DNA from: an uncultured Nitrososphaerota archaeon
GTDB lineage: Archaea; Korarchaeota; Korarchaeia; Korarchaeales; Korarchaeaceae
DNA length: 14,010 nucleotides
Assembly: GCA_964618805.1 (NCBI GenBank)
Contig: CAZUBM010000037.1
Location: forward strand, 1 to 14,010
Direction of reading: 5' to 3'
Below the pieces are notes generated by a model. That model saw only the letters and a list, made by a program, of their open reading frames with translations, had not been told where the DNA came from and ran no database searches. The position numbers and the translations under genes are program-made. Below are positions 1-7,931 of the stretch, piece by piece. The stretch's first letter is position 1, and the number at the start of each line of letters is the position of its first letter.

Positions 1-56
1 GGAAGTTCATCAAGTTCATATCCGAAAGGTCCATATTTTCCGAGTTTTCCAAACAA
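1..56 (-). CDS. Possible 5' end of a divergent gene running off the left edge (product unknown)
   Basis: The minus-strand frame from TTG at 56 reads (M)FGKLGKYGPFGYELDEL with no stop before the edge, and a TATA-like box (TATAAAAA, 97-90) lies upstream. A second minus frame is also open, so frame and start are uncertain. Confidence 0.3.
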   Translation of the reverse strand, partial: MFGKLGKYGPFGYELDEL

Positions 57-89
57 ACATCTGATGAGAAAGAAGGTTAACTCAGATTC

Positions 90-97
90 TTTTTATA
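90..97. promoter_or_regulatory. Putative archaeal TATA box (TTTTTATA; TATAAAAA on the minus strand)
   Basis: Ends ~23 nt upstream of the GTG at 121, the usual spacing for a leaderless archaeal transcript. It can also be read in the opposite direction. Confidence 0.5.
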
Positions 98-120
98 GAA
101 TAAGCATTTACCATAGGGAA

Positions 121-1041
121 GTGGCTCAAGTCATAGTCTCGAGGGACCTAAAAAAGAGATTTGGCAGGGTTCAGGCCCTAAGAGGGACCTCCTTTTCAGT
201 GACTAAGGGATCAGCAACGGCTCTACTGGGGCCTAACGGCGCGGGCAAGACCACTACTCTAAAGATATTGCTTGGTCTGCTTAAACCTGATTCAGGAAAA
301 GTCGAAGTATTCGGAATGGATCCTTGGAAGAGCGGAGACAGAATAAGGAGCATTGTAGGGGTTCTTCACGAGAGGCCGGTCTATCCTGAGTGGACCAGCG
401 TGAGGAAGCTGATAAGGTACGCCGCTCGACTTCGAGGACTAGGAGAAATGGATGAGAAAAGGGCAATAAAGCTCTCTGGGCTAGGGAAATACGCTGATGT
501 GAGGATATCTTCCCTATCCAGGGGATATTTGCAAAGGCTTGGGATAGCCCTAGCAATACTTGGAGATCCTGAACTTCTCCTCCTTGATGAGCCTACCGCT
601 AACCTAGATCCGGCTGCCAGAATGGAGATATTACACCTGATATCACTTTTAAAGGAGGAACTGGATGTTACCGTGCTAATCTCCTCTCACATAATTCCAG
701 AGCTGGAAATGGTTTGCGATTCTGCTATATTCATAAATGAAGGCTTAGTTCTTGACAAAGGAAGCTTAGATGAACTTGCTAGAAAGCATAATTCCAGAGC
801 AATAATTACTGTAAAAGCGAAAAAGCCTAGAGAACTTGCTTCTAAATTAATAGGGGAAGAATTTGTGAGATATATTGAAATAATCCCTGACGGAGTGAAG
901 GTTGAAGTCTTACCTGGAGAGTTATCCACTTTAGAGCTGACAATTTCGAGACTTTCTAATGAATATGGAATTGAAGAGATAAAATCAGCCATTGGAAGGC
1001 TCCAAGACCTTTATTGGAAGGTGATAGGAGTTGCTAGATGA
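121..1041 (+). CDS. ABC transporter ATP-binding protein (ABC-2/DrrA-type exporter)
   Basis: Walker A GPNGAGKT, signature variant LSRGY, Walker B LLLLDE with D-loop PTANLD, H-loop SSH, and a C-terminal accessory domain. GTG at 121 (MAQVIVSRDLKKRFG) is preferred over ATG at 64 because it matches a typical N-terminus and the TATA spacing. Confidence 0.95.
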   Translation: MAQVIVSRDLKKRFGRVQALRGTSFSVTKGSATALLGPNGAGKTTTLKILLGLLKPDSGKVEVFGMDPWKSGDRIRSIVGVLHERPVYPEWTSVRKLIRYAARLRGLGEMDEKRAIKLSGLGKYADVRISSLSRGYLQRLGIALAILGDPELLLLDEPTANLDPAARMEILHLISLLKEELDVTVLISSHIIPELEMVCDSAIFINEGLVLDKGSLDELARKHNSRAIITVKAKKPRELASKLIGEEFVRYIEIIPDGVKVEVLPGELSTLELTISRLSNEYGIEEIKSAIGRLQDLYWKVIGVAR

Positions 1042-1843
1042 CTTAAAATCGTTCACGCATAGGATGAAGCTGCACTTTGAATTCATACTCGCTAGGTACA
1101 TGCTTGTCTATGGAGCTGTCGCATTCATTGCTTCGATAATCAATGCATACCTAGTTATACCTTCAATATTGGAGCAAATAGTGATCTCATCTATACGAAC
1201 TCCATATAGCACAGTTATCTCATCGACTGCTAGCTCTGTAGGTTTCTCCCTAAACTTAGCCCATCTGGTCTTCAGCATAGTCTCTCTTTCTTTGGCAGCA
1301 TCAATGGCTAAAGAACTGAGTTCAACATCCCTGTTCCATCTATCACAACCGCTAAAGAGGTCTGAGTATGCAACCTCCTGGCTATTTGCAATAACGTGGT
1401 TTCCGTCCCTTCTTATGGCTCTCTCCCTTTTTGTCCCCATCTCTTGTTTTGATCCTAGGCTCTTACTTAGAGTTGGCTTTCAACCAATGTATCTCAGGCT
1501 TGTTGAAGATATCTTGACCTTCTCAATATTCTGTTGGGCTGCGTTGAGTAGGAGACAGGGGATTGTCGCATTTGTTGGACTGTTTTTCATCCTAATTTTC
1601 CCATATTTATCGCTGGTAATAATTAGTTTGATATTCTACGCCATTAGAGCCACAAATCCACCAAACTTTTTGTTAACGATGTATCAGGTCATATTCCCTT
1701 CGACAGCTTCGAGCCTCTTTCAAGGTTTGACGGGATCCTCAGCAATTAATCCAATGACAGCCTCTTATGGGACTCTCGTGATCTCAGCAATAATTCAGCT
1801 AGCCTATTTGCTTTACTTTACTGGAAGATTTGAGGTGAAATAA
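1031..1843 (+). CDS. ABC-2-type transporter permease (about 6 TM segments)
   Basis: Highly hydrophobic 270 aa ORF overlapping the ATPase stop. Carries the permease loop motif 'AKELSSTSLFHLSQPLKRSEY' (E....L..P..R). TTG start is preceded by GGTGA/AGGAG. Confidence 0.85.
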   Translation: MLDDLKSFTHRMKLHFEFILARYMLVYGAVAFIASIINAYLVIPSILEQIVISSIRTPYSTVISSTASSVGFSLNLAHLVFSIVSLSLAASMAKELSSTSLFHLSQPLKRSEYATSWLFAITWFPSLLMALSLFVPISCFDPRLLLRVGFQPMYLRLVEDILTFSIFCWAALSRRQGIVAFVGLFFILIFPYLSLVIISLIFYAIRATNPPNFLLTMYQVIFPSTASSLFQGLTGSSAINPMTASYGTLVISAIIQLAYLLYFTGRFEVK

Positions 1844-1844
1844 T

Positions 1845-2633
1845 GTGTTAAAGGCAGCAGGAAAACTCCTTATAGTCTTTGGCTTGGCTGCTTTGGTATC
1901 TATGGCTGTGTTTGAAGGAGTTTCAAGGAGAAGAGTCCCCTACTACTATATAGGCAGAAGAGGATGGGGTGGCTCAGCTTGGGTTGATTTAGGCAATAAA
2001 AGTGCGTTCATAATAACGAGTTCTTGGTTTAATCCACCAGTAGTAGAAGGAGTATCGTACGAGTTAGAATGTAGGGCGTCTATTTGGTTGGGAAGGTTTA
2101 AACCTTCCCCTCCCCTGCCTAACGCCTCCATACCAGGTGTCTTAACCAATATTACAATATACGAGATGAAGCTATACGTAATTAACAAGTCAGCAGCTGG
2201 AGCGGGAGGATTTATTTGGGGAATGCTGCTATCATCAAAGCTGCCTGATGCATTGAAAGTCTTAGAAGAATATTCAGAGGTTAGCGTGAATCTGGAGGAA
2301 GAATCTCAATTAATAACCCCAAAGCCCCCGTTCAGGTCTTATAGAGCCAAAGCACCCCTTAGACGATCAAATGAAGAGAGAATGGCGATTTTCATAATGT
2401 TATCTAATGCTACAAGCGGCTCAAGGGAACCGGACATAGACCTTGAACTCCTGATGAAGATAGAACCTAGCCTACAACAATACGCTAGAGGGATCTATTT
2501 ACTCTTGGCTGGAATTTCTTTAGTAGTGCTGCACTATTTAAGAAACCCTCAGGAAGCAGAGGATCTATTGAGGAGAATTAGAAGAAAGTTCCTTCTTCTC
2601 TCTGGGAAATCAGCCAGAGAAAGTAGTTCATGA
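1845..2633 (+). CDS. Hypothetical membrane protein (N- and C-terminal TM helices around an extracellular domain); probable ABC accessory subunit
   Basis: GTG start 1 nt after the permease stop, with SD GAGGTGA at 1832-1838. Hydrophobic stretches LLIVFGLAALVSMAVF and GIYLLLAGISLVVLHYL. N-x-S/T sequons NKS, NAS, NIT, NKS, NAT. Confidence 0.8.
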   Translation: MLKAAGKLLIVFGLAALVSMAVFEGVSRRRVPYYYIGRRGWGGSAWVDLGNKSAFIITSSWFNPPVVEGVSYELECRASIWLGRFKPSPPLPNASIPGVLTNITIYEMKLYVINKSAAGAGGFIWGMLLSSKLPDALKVLEEYSEVSVNLEEESQLITPKPPFRSYRAKAPLRRSNEERMAIFIMLSNATSGSREPDIDLELLMKIEPSLQQYARGIYLLLAGISLVVLHYLRNPQEAEDLLRRIRRKFLLLSGKSARESSS

Positions 2634-3564
2634 AGGCTAGTAGGAGCAATGGATACCTGGATAGAGGGATTTTGCATTCAACGTATTCCTCTACTTTAGT
2701 CTTCATTTCAACCCTTCCAACAACCTCACTTACTTCGCTTGCCAACTTTTCCAGGGATTGAACCAAGTTCTCAACTGTTTCAGCAGTATGTTGCTCCCCT
2801 CCAGTTCTTTCGGCGATAAACTTAGTTTCAAGCTCCCCTTCATCGCCCCTCGGCCCAATATATACGGAAAATATAGGGATTCCAGCATCGGAGAATTCGG
2901 AAAGAATTTTTCTGTACTCCTGCACGTCTGCTGGCAGACCATCTGTGACAAACACTAGAGCGCAAGAGATGTTGAAATACGTATATGCCCTAAGCCAAGA
3001 AAGGGCTGTCATTAAAGGAGTGCTATACATCGTCCCTCCCTCAGGTTTAAGCCGAAAAACAACCCCTTTAACCTCATCTCTATTCTCAGTTATGGGCACT
3101 TGAGCGACTAATTTGCCCGAGAATGCAATTAAACCGACGTCTATTCCTTCTGGGAGTTCCATTAAAAAGGTTTGAATGGCTCTTTTTGCTGCTTCGATCT
3201 TAACCCCTCCCGGGATAGTACCAGACATGCTACCAGAAACATCAATAGCAATGACAACAGCTGGATTTGCCACTCTATATGAATATTCTACTTCTCCAGT
3301 GACATATCTTACAACCCTCTTTCTAACAGTTACGGTAGGCGAGGCGAGAGCTATAGATGCAAGAACTAACAAGCAAACCTTCAAAAGGGTCCTTTTTCTA
3401 TTTTTCCTTGGCTTTTCCCTAGCAATTATGGAAATAAGAGGATATCGGAAAACTAGAGAGCTCCTCAGCTTCTTTAGCAACCAATTGTTTAAAATAAGGA
3501 GGGCTAGTCCGAAAAAGAATAATATCAGACTTAGGAGAGGATTCTCAAAAGATATTCTTAGCAT
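2578..3564 (-). CDS. Membrane-anchored VWA-domain protein (BatA-like)
   Basis: BatA-like N-terminus (F.NP..L, TM helix, second TM ending ALASP). Complete MIDAS: DVSGSM, GGT, VTDG. C-terminal TM helix. Start overlaps the upstream stop (TAATG). Confidence 0.9.
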   Translation of the reverse strand: MLRISFENPLLSLILFFFGLALLILNNWLLKKLRSSLVFRYPLISIIAREKPRKNRKRTLLKVCLLVLASIALASPTVTVRKRVVRYVTGEVEYSYRVANPAVVIAIDVSGSMSGTIPGGVKIEAAKRAIQTFLMELPEGIDVGLIAFSGKLVAQVPITENRDEVKGVVFRLKPEGGTMYSTPLMTALSWLRAYTYFNISCALVFVTDGLPADVQEYRKILSEFSDAGIPIFSVYIGPRGDEGELETKFIAERTGGEQHTAETVENLVQSLEKLASEVSEVVGRVEMKTKVEEYVECKIPLSRYPLLLLAFMNYFLWLISQREEGTFF

Positions 3565-4499
3565 TAAGCTCCACCCAAAATCTGCAATAAGATTAGAATC
3601 CCTAGGATTGCAAGCAGGGTTTGATGTGCTGATTTGTAATCTTTCAGCGTTATCTCAACTGAAAGTTTGTTGGAAGATTCTAGTGCCTTATAGCCAGCTG
3701 ATCTAGCAGTTTCCTTTGCTAGAGATGAGATTTCTTCGTAAGAAGCCTGATCCAGCCTGAAAAAGTATCCATTAGTCGTCCTAGCCAACTCTTTCATGAG
3801 CTTAGGGTCAGCCCTCGTGCCTGAGCCTATTTGAATGGATATGATGGAGTAATTCAACTTCGCTAAGGCTTCAGCGGCATCAAGGGGATCAGATCCCCCA
3901 TTATTTCCTCCATCGGAAACTAAAACTATAGCACTTGGAATATCGGAGGATTTTGCAAGGTATAAGGCAAAGAGAAGGGCATCTCCTATGGAGGTGTAAC
4001 TCTCATTGGGACTAAGGGATTTTAATGCATCTTGCGCTCCGCTTGAATTTCCCGCATAAACGAGTTCAGTTGATCCAGAAAACTTTACTAGGCTAATGGT
4101 GACATTTGAACCAAATTCTCCAAGGAAATTTTTTAGAAAATCTCTCGCTGCCTCGAATCTGGACCCATATCCCATGCTCTTAGAGACATCTAAAAGTAAG
4201 ATAACGTTAAGTCCTCCAATCTTATGTGGATCTATCTTGTCAGGTGTGATTTCTACCCTCTGAACCTTTATGAAGTAGGGATCTGCAAGCAAAAGTGCAA
4301 GACAAAGCACAAGAGCAAATCTTGAGGTCAAGACAAGCCTGTAAATGTTTCTCCAAGGAGTTATGCCCTTGAAATCCAGCTCCTCTTTCATGTTGGAAAT
4401 GAGCTTTCTAACCCTAGAATGTAACCATAGGAGGAGGATCCATCCAAGAAAGGAGAAAGGAAGTAAAATCCAAAGATTATCGACTCCAAAATCAATCAT
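3564..4499 (-). CDS. Membrane-anchored VWA-domain protein (BatA/BatB-like paralogue)
   Basis: Two N-terminal TMs ending LLADP. MIDAS DVSKSM, YTSIGDAL, LVSDGG. 'LMKELARTTNGYFF' VWA C-terminal motif and a C-terminal TM. Confidence 0.9.
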   Translation of the reverse strand: MIDFGVDNLWILLPFSFLGWILLLWLHSRVRKLISNMKEELDFKGITPWRNIYRLVLTSRFALVLCLALLLADPYFIKVQRVEITPDKIDPHKIGGLNVILLLDVSKSMGYGSRFEAARDFLKNFLGEFGSNVTISLVKFSGSTELVYAGNSSGAQDALKSLSPNESYTSIGDALLFALYLAKSSDIPSAIVLVSDGGNNGGSDPLDAAEALAKLNYSIISIQIGSGTRADPKLMKELARTTNGYFFRLDQASYEEISSLAKETARSAGYKALESSNKLSVEITLKDYKSAHQTLLAILGILILLQILGGA

Positions 4500-5448
4500 C
4501 AGGTCTTTCCTCCCTTCCAGCCCCAGATCCCGTCAAACCTCCTTGTTGAAGCTGACAAGTAAGGGGGAGCTGCATAAGGGCCCTAAATCTTCCTATCTGA
4601 TATGCAAATCTACCAGCACTTGAAGGATTTAGGTTCTTAGACGCTTGTATGGCGGCTTGAACTTCCTGATTTTCAAGAAATTCTCTTAGATCCACATCTA
4701 TCTGCTCTCCTGCTTCTAGAGAAAGAGCAGTATTCAAGATCTTCTCTACTTCTTCAGGTCTCTCCTTAACCAAAAGGAATAGAGATATGAGCTGATCTAA
4801 CTCGTCCAAGAGTTCTTCTAGTCTACTTAGGGACTCATTAACAGTGAGTTCATGAGCCTCTGAAAGCAATGAACTTCGATCAATCTCGATGAGATGCTTA
4901 ATTGAATTACCTACAAGTAAACGGGATTTTATAACTTGAGACTCAACATTGCTCCATAAGCTAAGAGCTTCTGAAACATTTCCTTTGAGAAGGAGGTCCA
5001 GTGCATCCATAATTCCTGGCCTAGCCTTATCTAGTAGCGATGCCGTTATACTAGCATTGATTGAAGCTGAAGACACGTTTTCATAGGAATAAGTGGCTTT
5101 TAGCAACCTTTCCCTAAGAGAGCCGCCTACAGTTGCTTTAACTGCCTCCTCAACATCTCTGAGGGAGTTAAGAGAGGACTCAGCAGTAGCACCAATATTT
5201 GAAATTTCTGCATCGCTTACGTCAGACCAAATCGATTCGTAAGCTAGACTTGAGGATGCATTGATTGATTTCACCGATAGCTCGGCTAAAGGAGCCAGAT
5301 CTTTGACCCTCTCTGGATTTATCCTCTTCTTACTCTTCATTGATATTAAGGGATAGAAGAAAGCCGTTAACAAGAGTATTAACAGAACAATGATTCCTGC
5401 TGTTGCTATTTCTTTAAAGCCAATTCCTCTCGATTTGAGTTTAAGCAT
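4492..5448 (-). CDS. Hypothetical protein with N-terminal membrane anchor and predicted all-alpha extracellular domain
   Basis: 318 aa ORF overlapping both neighbours by 8 nt. TM IATAGIIVLLILLLTAFFYPLI, S/L/E/A-rich helical body, Gly-rich tail QQGGLTGSGAGREERPDD. Confidence 0.85.
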   Translation of the reverse strand: MLKLKSRGIGFKEIATAGIIVLLILLLTAFFYPLISMKSKKRINPERVKDLAPLAELSVKSINASSSLAYESIWSDVSDAEISNIGATAESSLNSLRDVEEAVKATVGGSLRERLLKATYSYENVSSASINASITASLLDKARPGIMDALDLLLKGNVSEALSLWSNVESQVIKSRLLVGNSIKHLIEIDRSSLLSEAHELTVNESLSRLEELLDELDQLISLFLLVKERPEEVEKILNTALSLEAGEQIDVDLREFLENQEVQAAIQASKNLNPSSAGRFAYQIGRFRALMQLPLTCQLQQGGLTGSGAGREERPDD

Positions 5449-6331
5449 ATGCCATCTCCCTTGTGCTTACGTACACCCATGCCAATCTAGTCCCAGATTG
5501 CTCAACCCCCCTTATTCCCACAAACTCCACGCTAGGAACACTCCATTTCCTTAAAACGGAACCTATCTTAGCCCTGTGTAGTTGTAGCTCTTCAGAAAGT
5601 CCTTCTCTATGGAATTCCAAGAAAGAAGCTCCATTCTCAGGATCCAGAATTAAGGAGGATCCGATCCTAGGCAGGGAGATTTCGCTTTTATCCGAAGAAA
5701 AAGCTACTCCAACTCCGTTCTTAACCGCTCTCATTGCCCCAAAGAAGTTTGATAGCTCCTCTGGCGTGTGAGCTGTGTCAGTTACTAAGATTACAGGGCT
5801 CCTTCTCCTCGCAAGCCTGAGAACTACCTTCTTGATCAGGTCTAGATTTGCCTTTCCTCCAGGCCCTGGCCCCTTACAGATATAGGCTATCGTTGCATAA
5901 GCCGCTAGTCCTGGGTCAATGTTGTGGAGCACTAAAGGATCTCCACTTCCTAAAACAACGATAGTAATCCTATCATCTAAGTTTAAGGCAAGAGTGGATA
6001 GGAAAGAAATAGCATAAACTGCTGCGGCTAGTTTTTCCTTATAATTCATAGAAGCTGATGCATCTAGAATGAGTACAGATTCAAGGGACCTCTCAGCTCT
6101 TCTTTCTCTTAGGATGAACTTCTGTTTGCCATCTGAGCCTATGGCCCTGCTTGACAACCTCCAATCTATGAATCTGAAATCATCTCCTGGTGTATATTCC
6201 CTGTAATCCTCAGGCTCTACACCTATTCCTCTAGATTTCACAGCTGTTTGACCTACTAAATAAGGCATTGCTCTTCTTCGGGCGGTTTCAATCAGTTTTC
6301 CTACAATTGAACAAAGATTTTCGGAGTTCAA
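5441..6331 (-). CDS. DUF58 domain-containing protein (MoxR-associated, VWA-like)
   Basis: Hallmark motif 'RGIGVEPEDYREYTPGDDFRFIDWRLSSR', followed by ILDASASM and LVTD. Confidence 0.93.
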   Translation of the reverse strand: MNSENLCSIVGKLIETARRRAMPYLVGQTAVKSRGIGVEPEDYREYTPGDDFRFIDWRLSSRAIGSDGKQKFILRERRAERSLESVLILDASASMNYKEKLAAAVYAISFLSTLALNLDDRITIVVLGSGDPLVLHNIDPGLAAYATIAYICKGPGPGGKANLDLIKKVVLRLARRRSPVILVTDTAHTPEELSNFFGAMRAVKNGVGVAFSSDKSEISLPRIGSSLILDPENGASFLEFHREGLSEELQLHRAKIGSVLRKWSVPSVEFVGIRGVEQSGTRLAWVYVSTREMAYA

Positions 6332-6356
6332 CTCTAAGTTATTATGCGCGTGTGCC

Positions 6357-6363
6357 TTTTTAT
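6357..6363. promoter_or_regulatory. Putative shared TATA-like element in a 53-bp divergent intergenic region
   Basis: TTTTTAT/ATAAAAA sits roughly midway between the DUF58 start (6331, minus) and the PRC-barrel start (6385, plus), about 21-25 nt from each. Confidence 0.4.
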
Positions 6364-6384
6364 CTTCACCCGTCTCATTGCAAG

Positions 6385-7188
6385 ATGCCCCGGTTTTATG
6401 ATGAGAAAGAACTAAGGGGAGCTGTTGTGGTCGATAGTGAGGGGCTCATATACGGGAAAATTTCGAAGATTTCAATTGAGGAGAAAGGTGTAAAGCTCTG
6501 TGTAGGCATCGATGTGATGGCTGAGGTTGAAGAGATAGATATCAAGGGATTAGGGGAGTTGTTGAAAGACAAAGTTCCTAAAAGGGCTGAAGATGAAGAA
6601 ATAATATCTTTAGCAAAATCTTTGGGCATAGAAATCCCAAAGAAATTGGTAAGAAAGGAACTCTCACATGAGAAAGGAATTGTACCTGTTGAAGAGATAG
6701 CATGCATAGCGGAGGGCGATGATACCAGAGTGATAGTACTTTCGACCCCTAGAGAGGCCATGTATAGGGGAGTAGGCGAGAAAAATCCGGAGTATACTGA
6801 TTTGAACAACATAAAGGGGAAAATGGTTATATCCCTTTCCGGCGAGGTTCTCGGCAAAGCAATGGAGGTTGTAGTAAGCGCGAGAAAGCCAGGGATAAGA
6901 GTAAGGAGATTATCTGCAAAGAAAATGGTCAATTGGCTGCGATTGCTAAGAGATCTAAGGAGAGAACAAAGAGATACAGCCCTTAGGTTAGAAGAAAAGC
7001 TAGATCCTTATAAGAACCCAAAGATACCATTAGAAGAAGCAGAAAAGGTCGTTAGTATGCTCAAAGATGAAGGAATTGACCCTAGTTTGCTCGATAATTA
7101 TGTAGAGGAGCCAGAAGGACGTTCGTATGTTGATATTCCTTGGGATAGCATTATAAAGATAGGAGATGTAGTTCTGCTAAGGGAATAG
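6385..7188 (+). CDS. Tandem PRC-barrel domain protein
   Basis: Two PRC-barrel starts (ELRGAVVVDSEGLIYGKISKI; NIKGKMVISLSGEVLGKAMEV) and two PRC-type ends (IVPVEEIACIAEGDDTRVIVL; DIPWDSIIKIGDVVLL). ATG at 6385 is preferred because the ORF-track start at 6268 overlaps DUF58. Confidence 0.85.
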   Translation: MPRFYDEKELRGAVVVDSEGLIYGKISKISIEEKGVKLCVGIDVMAEVEEIDIKGLGELLKDKVPKRAEDEEIISLAKSLGIEIPKKLVRKELSHEKGIVPVEEIACIAEGDDTRVIVLSTPREAMYRGVGEKNPEYTDLNNIKGKMVISLSGEVLGKAMEVVVSARKPGIRVRRLSAKKMVNWLRLLRDLRREQRDTALRLEEKLDPYKNPKIPLEEAEKVVSMLKDEGIDPSLLDNYVEEPEGRSYVDIPWDSIIKIGDVVLLRE

Positions 7189-7251
7189 CGACGATTATGT
7201 CGTTCTAAGGGCTCAAGTAGTAATAAACACTTTTCTCATGATTTGGCCTGA

Positions 7252-7865
7252 TTAGGCTCTCTTTGGCAGTATCGTTATGTCTCCTGTTTCAACGTTGTGA
7301 GGTTGCCTTAGAACACAGGCAACTGCTTCTGCTACGTCCTCTGGATCAAGGATTCCCGGTCTTAACCTTCCAACGCTCTCCAATAGCTTTGTTCTAACTG
7401 GTCCTAGATAAATTCCAGTTACCTTAACACCAGTCCCCCTTAACTCCGCGCGCTTATTATGTGTCCAATCCCTTGAGCTAGCATTCTAGGCAGAACTTTC
7501 ATTGTCAAGTAGTAGGCCCCAAAGAAGTTGACGTTCATCATTTCTACAACCTTCTCGAGGGGTATTCTTGTGAGTTCACCGTAATATGCTATTCCTGCGT
7601 TATTTATTAAGAACTCAACCCTTGGAAAGTGTGTCATCGTATCCTTATAGAACCTATCCACGTCCTCCGTTTTGGAGATATCTCTAACAGTATAATAACC
7701 CTTAACTCCAAATTCTCTCACTTTATTTGTCACTTCCATGAGTTCTCTTTCTGTTCTGGCAAGCAAGGAGAGGTTTGCGCCCTCCTTTGCTAATTTTAGG
7801 GCGATAGCCTTACCAATTCCTCTTCCAGCTCCTGTTATCATACCATAAGAACCTTTAAGTTGCAT
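7252..7865 (-). pseudogene. SDR family NAD(P)-dependent oxidoreductase, disrupted by an internal deletion with frameshift
   Basis: The 5' part has TGAGRGIG, NNAG, VNFFG and ends GHII. After ~7453 a different frame continues RAELRGTGVKVTGIYLGPVRTKLL...LDPEDVAEAVACVLRQPHNVETGDITILPKRA* (stop 7254-7252). The catalytic Ser and YxxxK segment that normally lies between the two parts is absent. Confidence 0.88.
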
Positions 7866-7888
7866 ATCGCATCACTTAAGATGGCAAA

Positions 7889-7896
7889 CTATATAG
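7889..7896. promoter_or_regulatory. Palindromic TATA-like element CTATATAG between the divergent SDR and moxR starts
   Basis: Perfect 8-bp palindrome ~23 nt from the SDR ATG (7865) and ~35 nt from the moxR ATG (7932). Confidence 0.35.
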
Positions 7897-7931
7897 CAAT
7901 TTCCATTGTTTGGTTTCGGATGTGAAGCTTC

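Noticed and set aside
64-120. N-terminal extension of the ABC ATPase from ATG 64
   Set aside because: It spans the TATA-like box and adds 19 atypical residues; GTG at 121 fits better.
171-2188. Antisense ORFs 171..353, 281..556, 687..992, 1108..1440 and 1946..2188
   Set aside because: They lie entirely opposite well-supported genes and have no recognisable motifs; shadow ORFs.
2730-5771. Nested or antisense ORFs 2730..2951, 2758..2958, 3176..3706, 4345..4623 and 5463..5771
   Set aside because: Shadows of the VWA/DUF58 operon with no independent coding signal.
6268-6932. PRC-barrel start at 6268 and antisense ORF 6396..6932
   Set aside because: The 6268 start overlaps DUF58 head-to-head and precedes the domain start. 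The antisense ORF is Ser/Phe-rich, as expected for the reverse of Glu/Lys-rich coding sequence.
7188-7203. Small hairpin GCGAC-GATTAT-GTCGT after the PRC-barrel stop
   Set aside because: Only 4-5 bp, expected by chance; not called as a terminator.
7430-7460. Programmed frameshift as the explanation for the split SDR
   Set aside because: Even a frameshifted product would lack the catalytic Ser/YxxxK segment, and there is no slippery heptamer at the junction.
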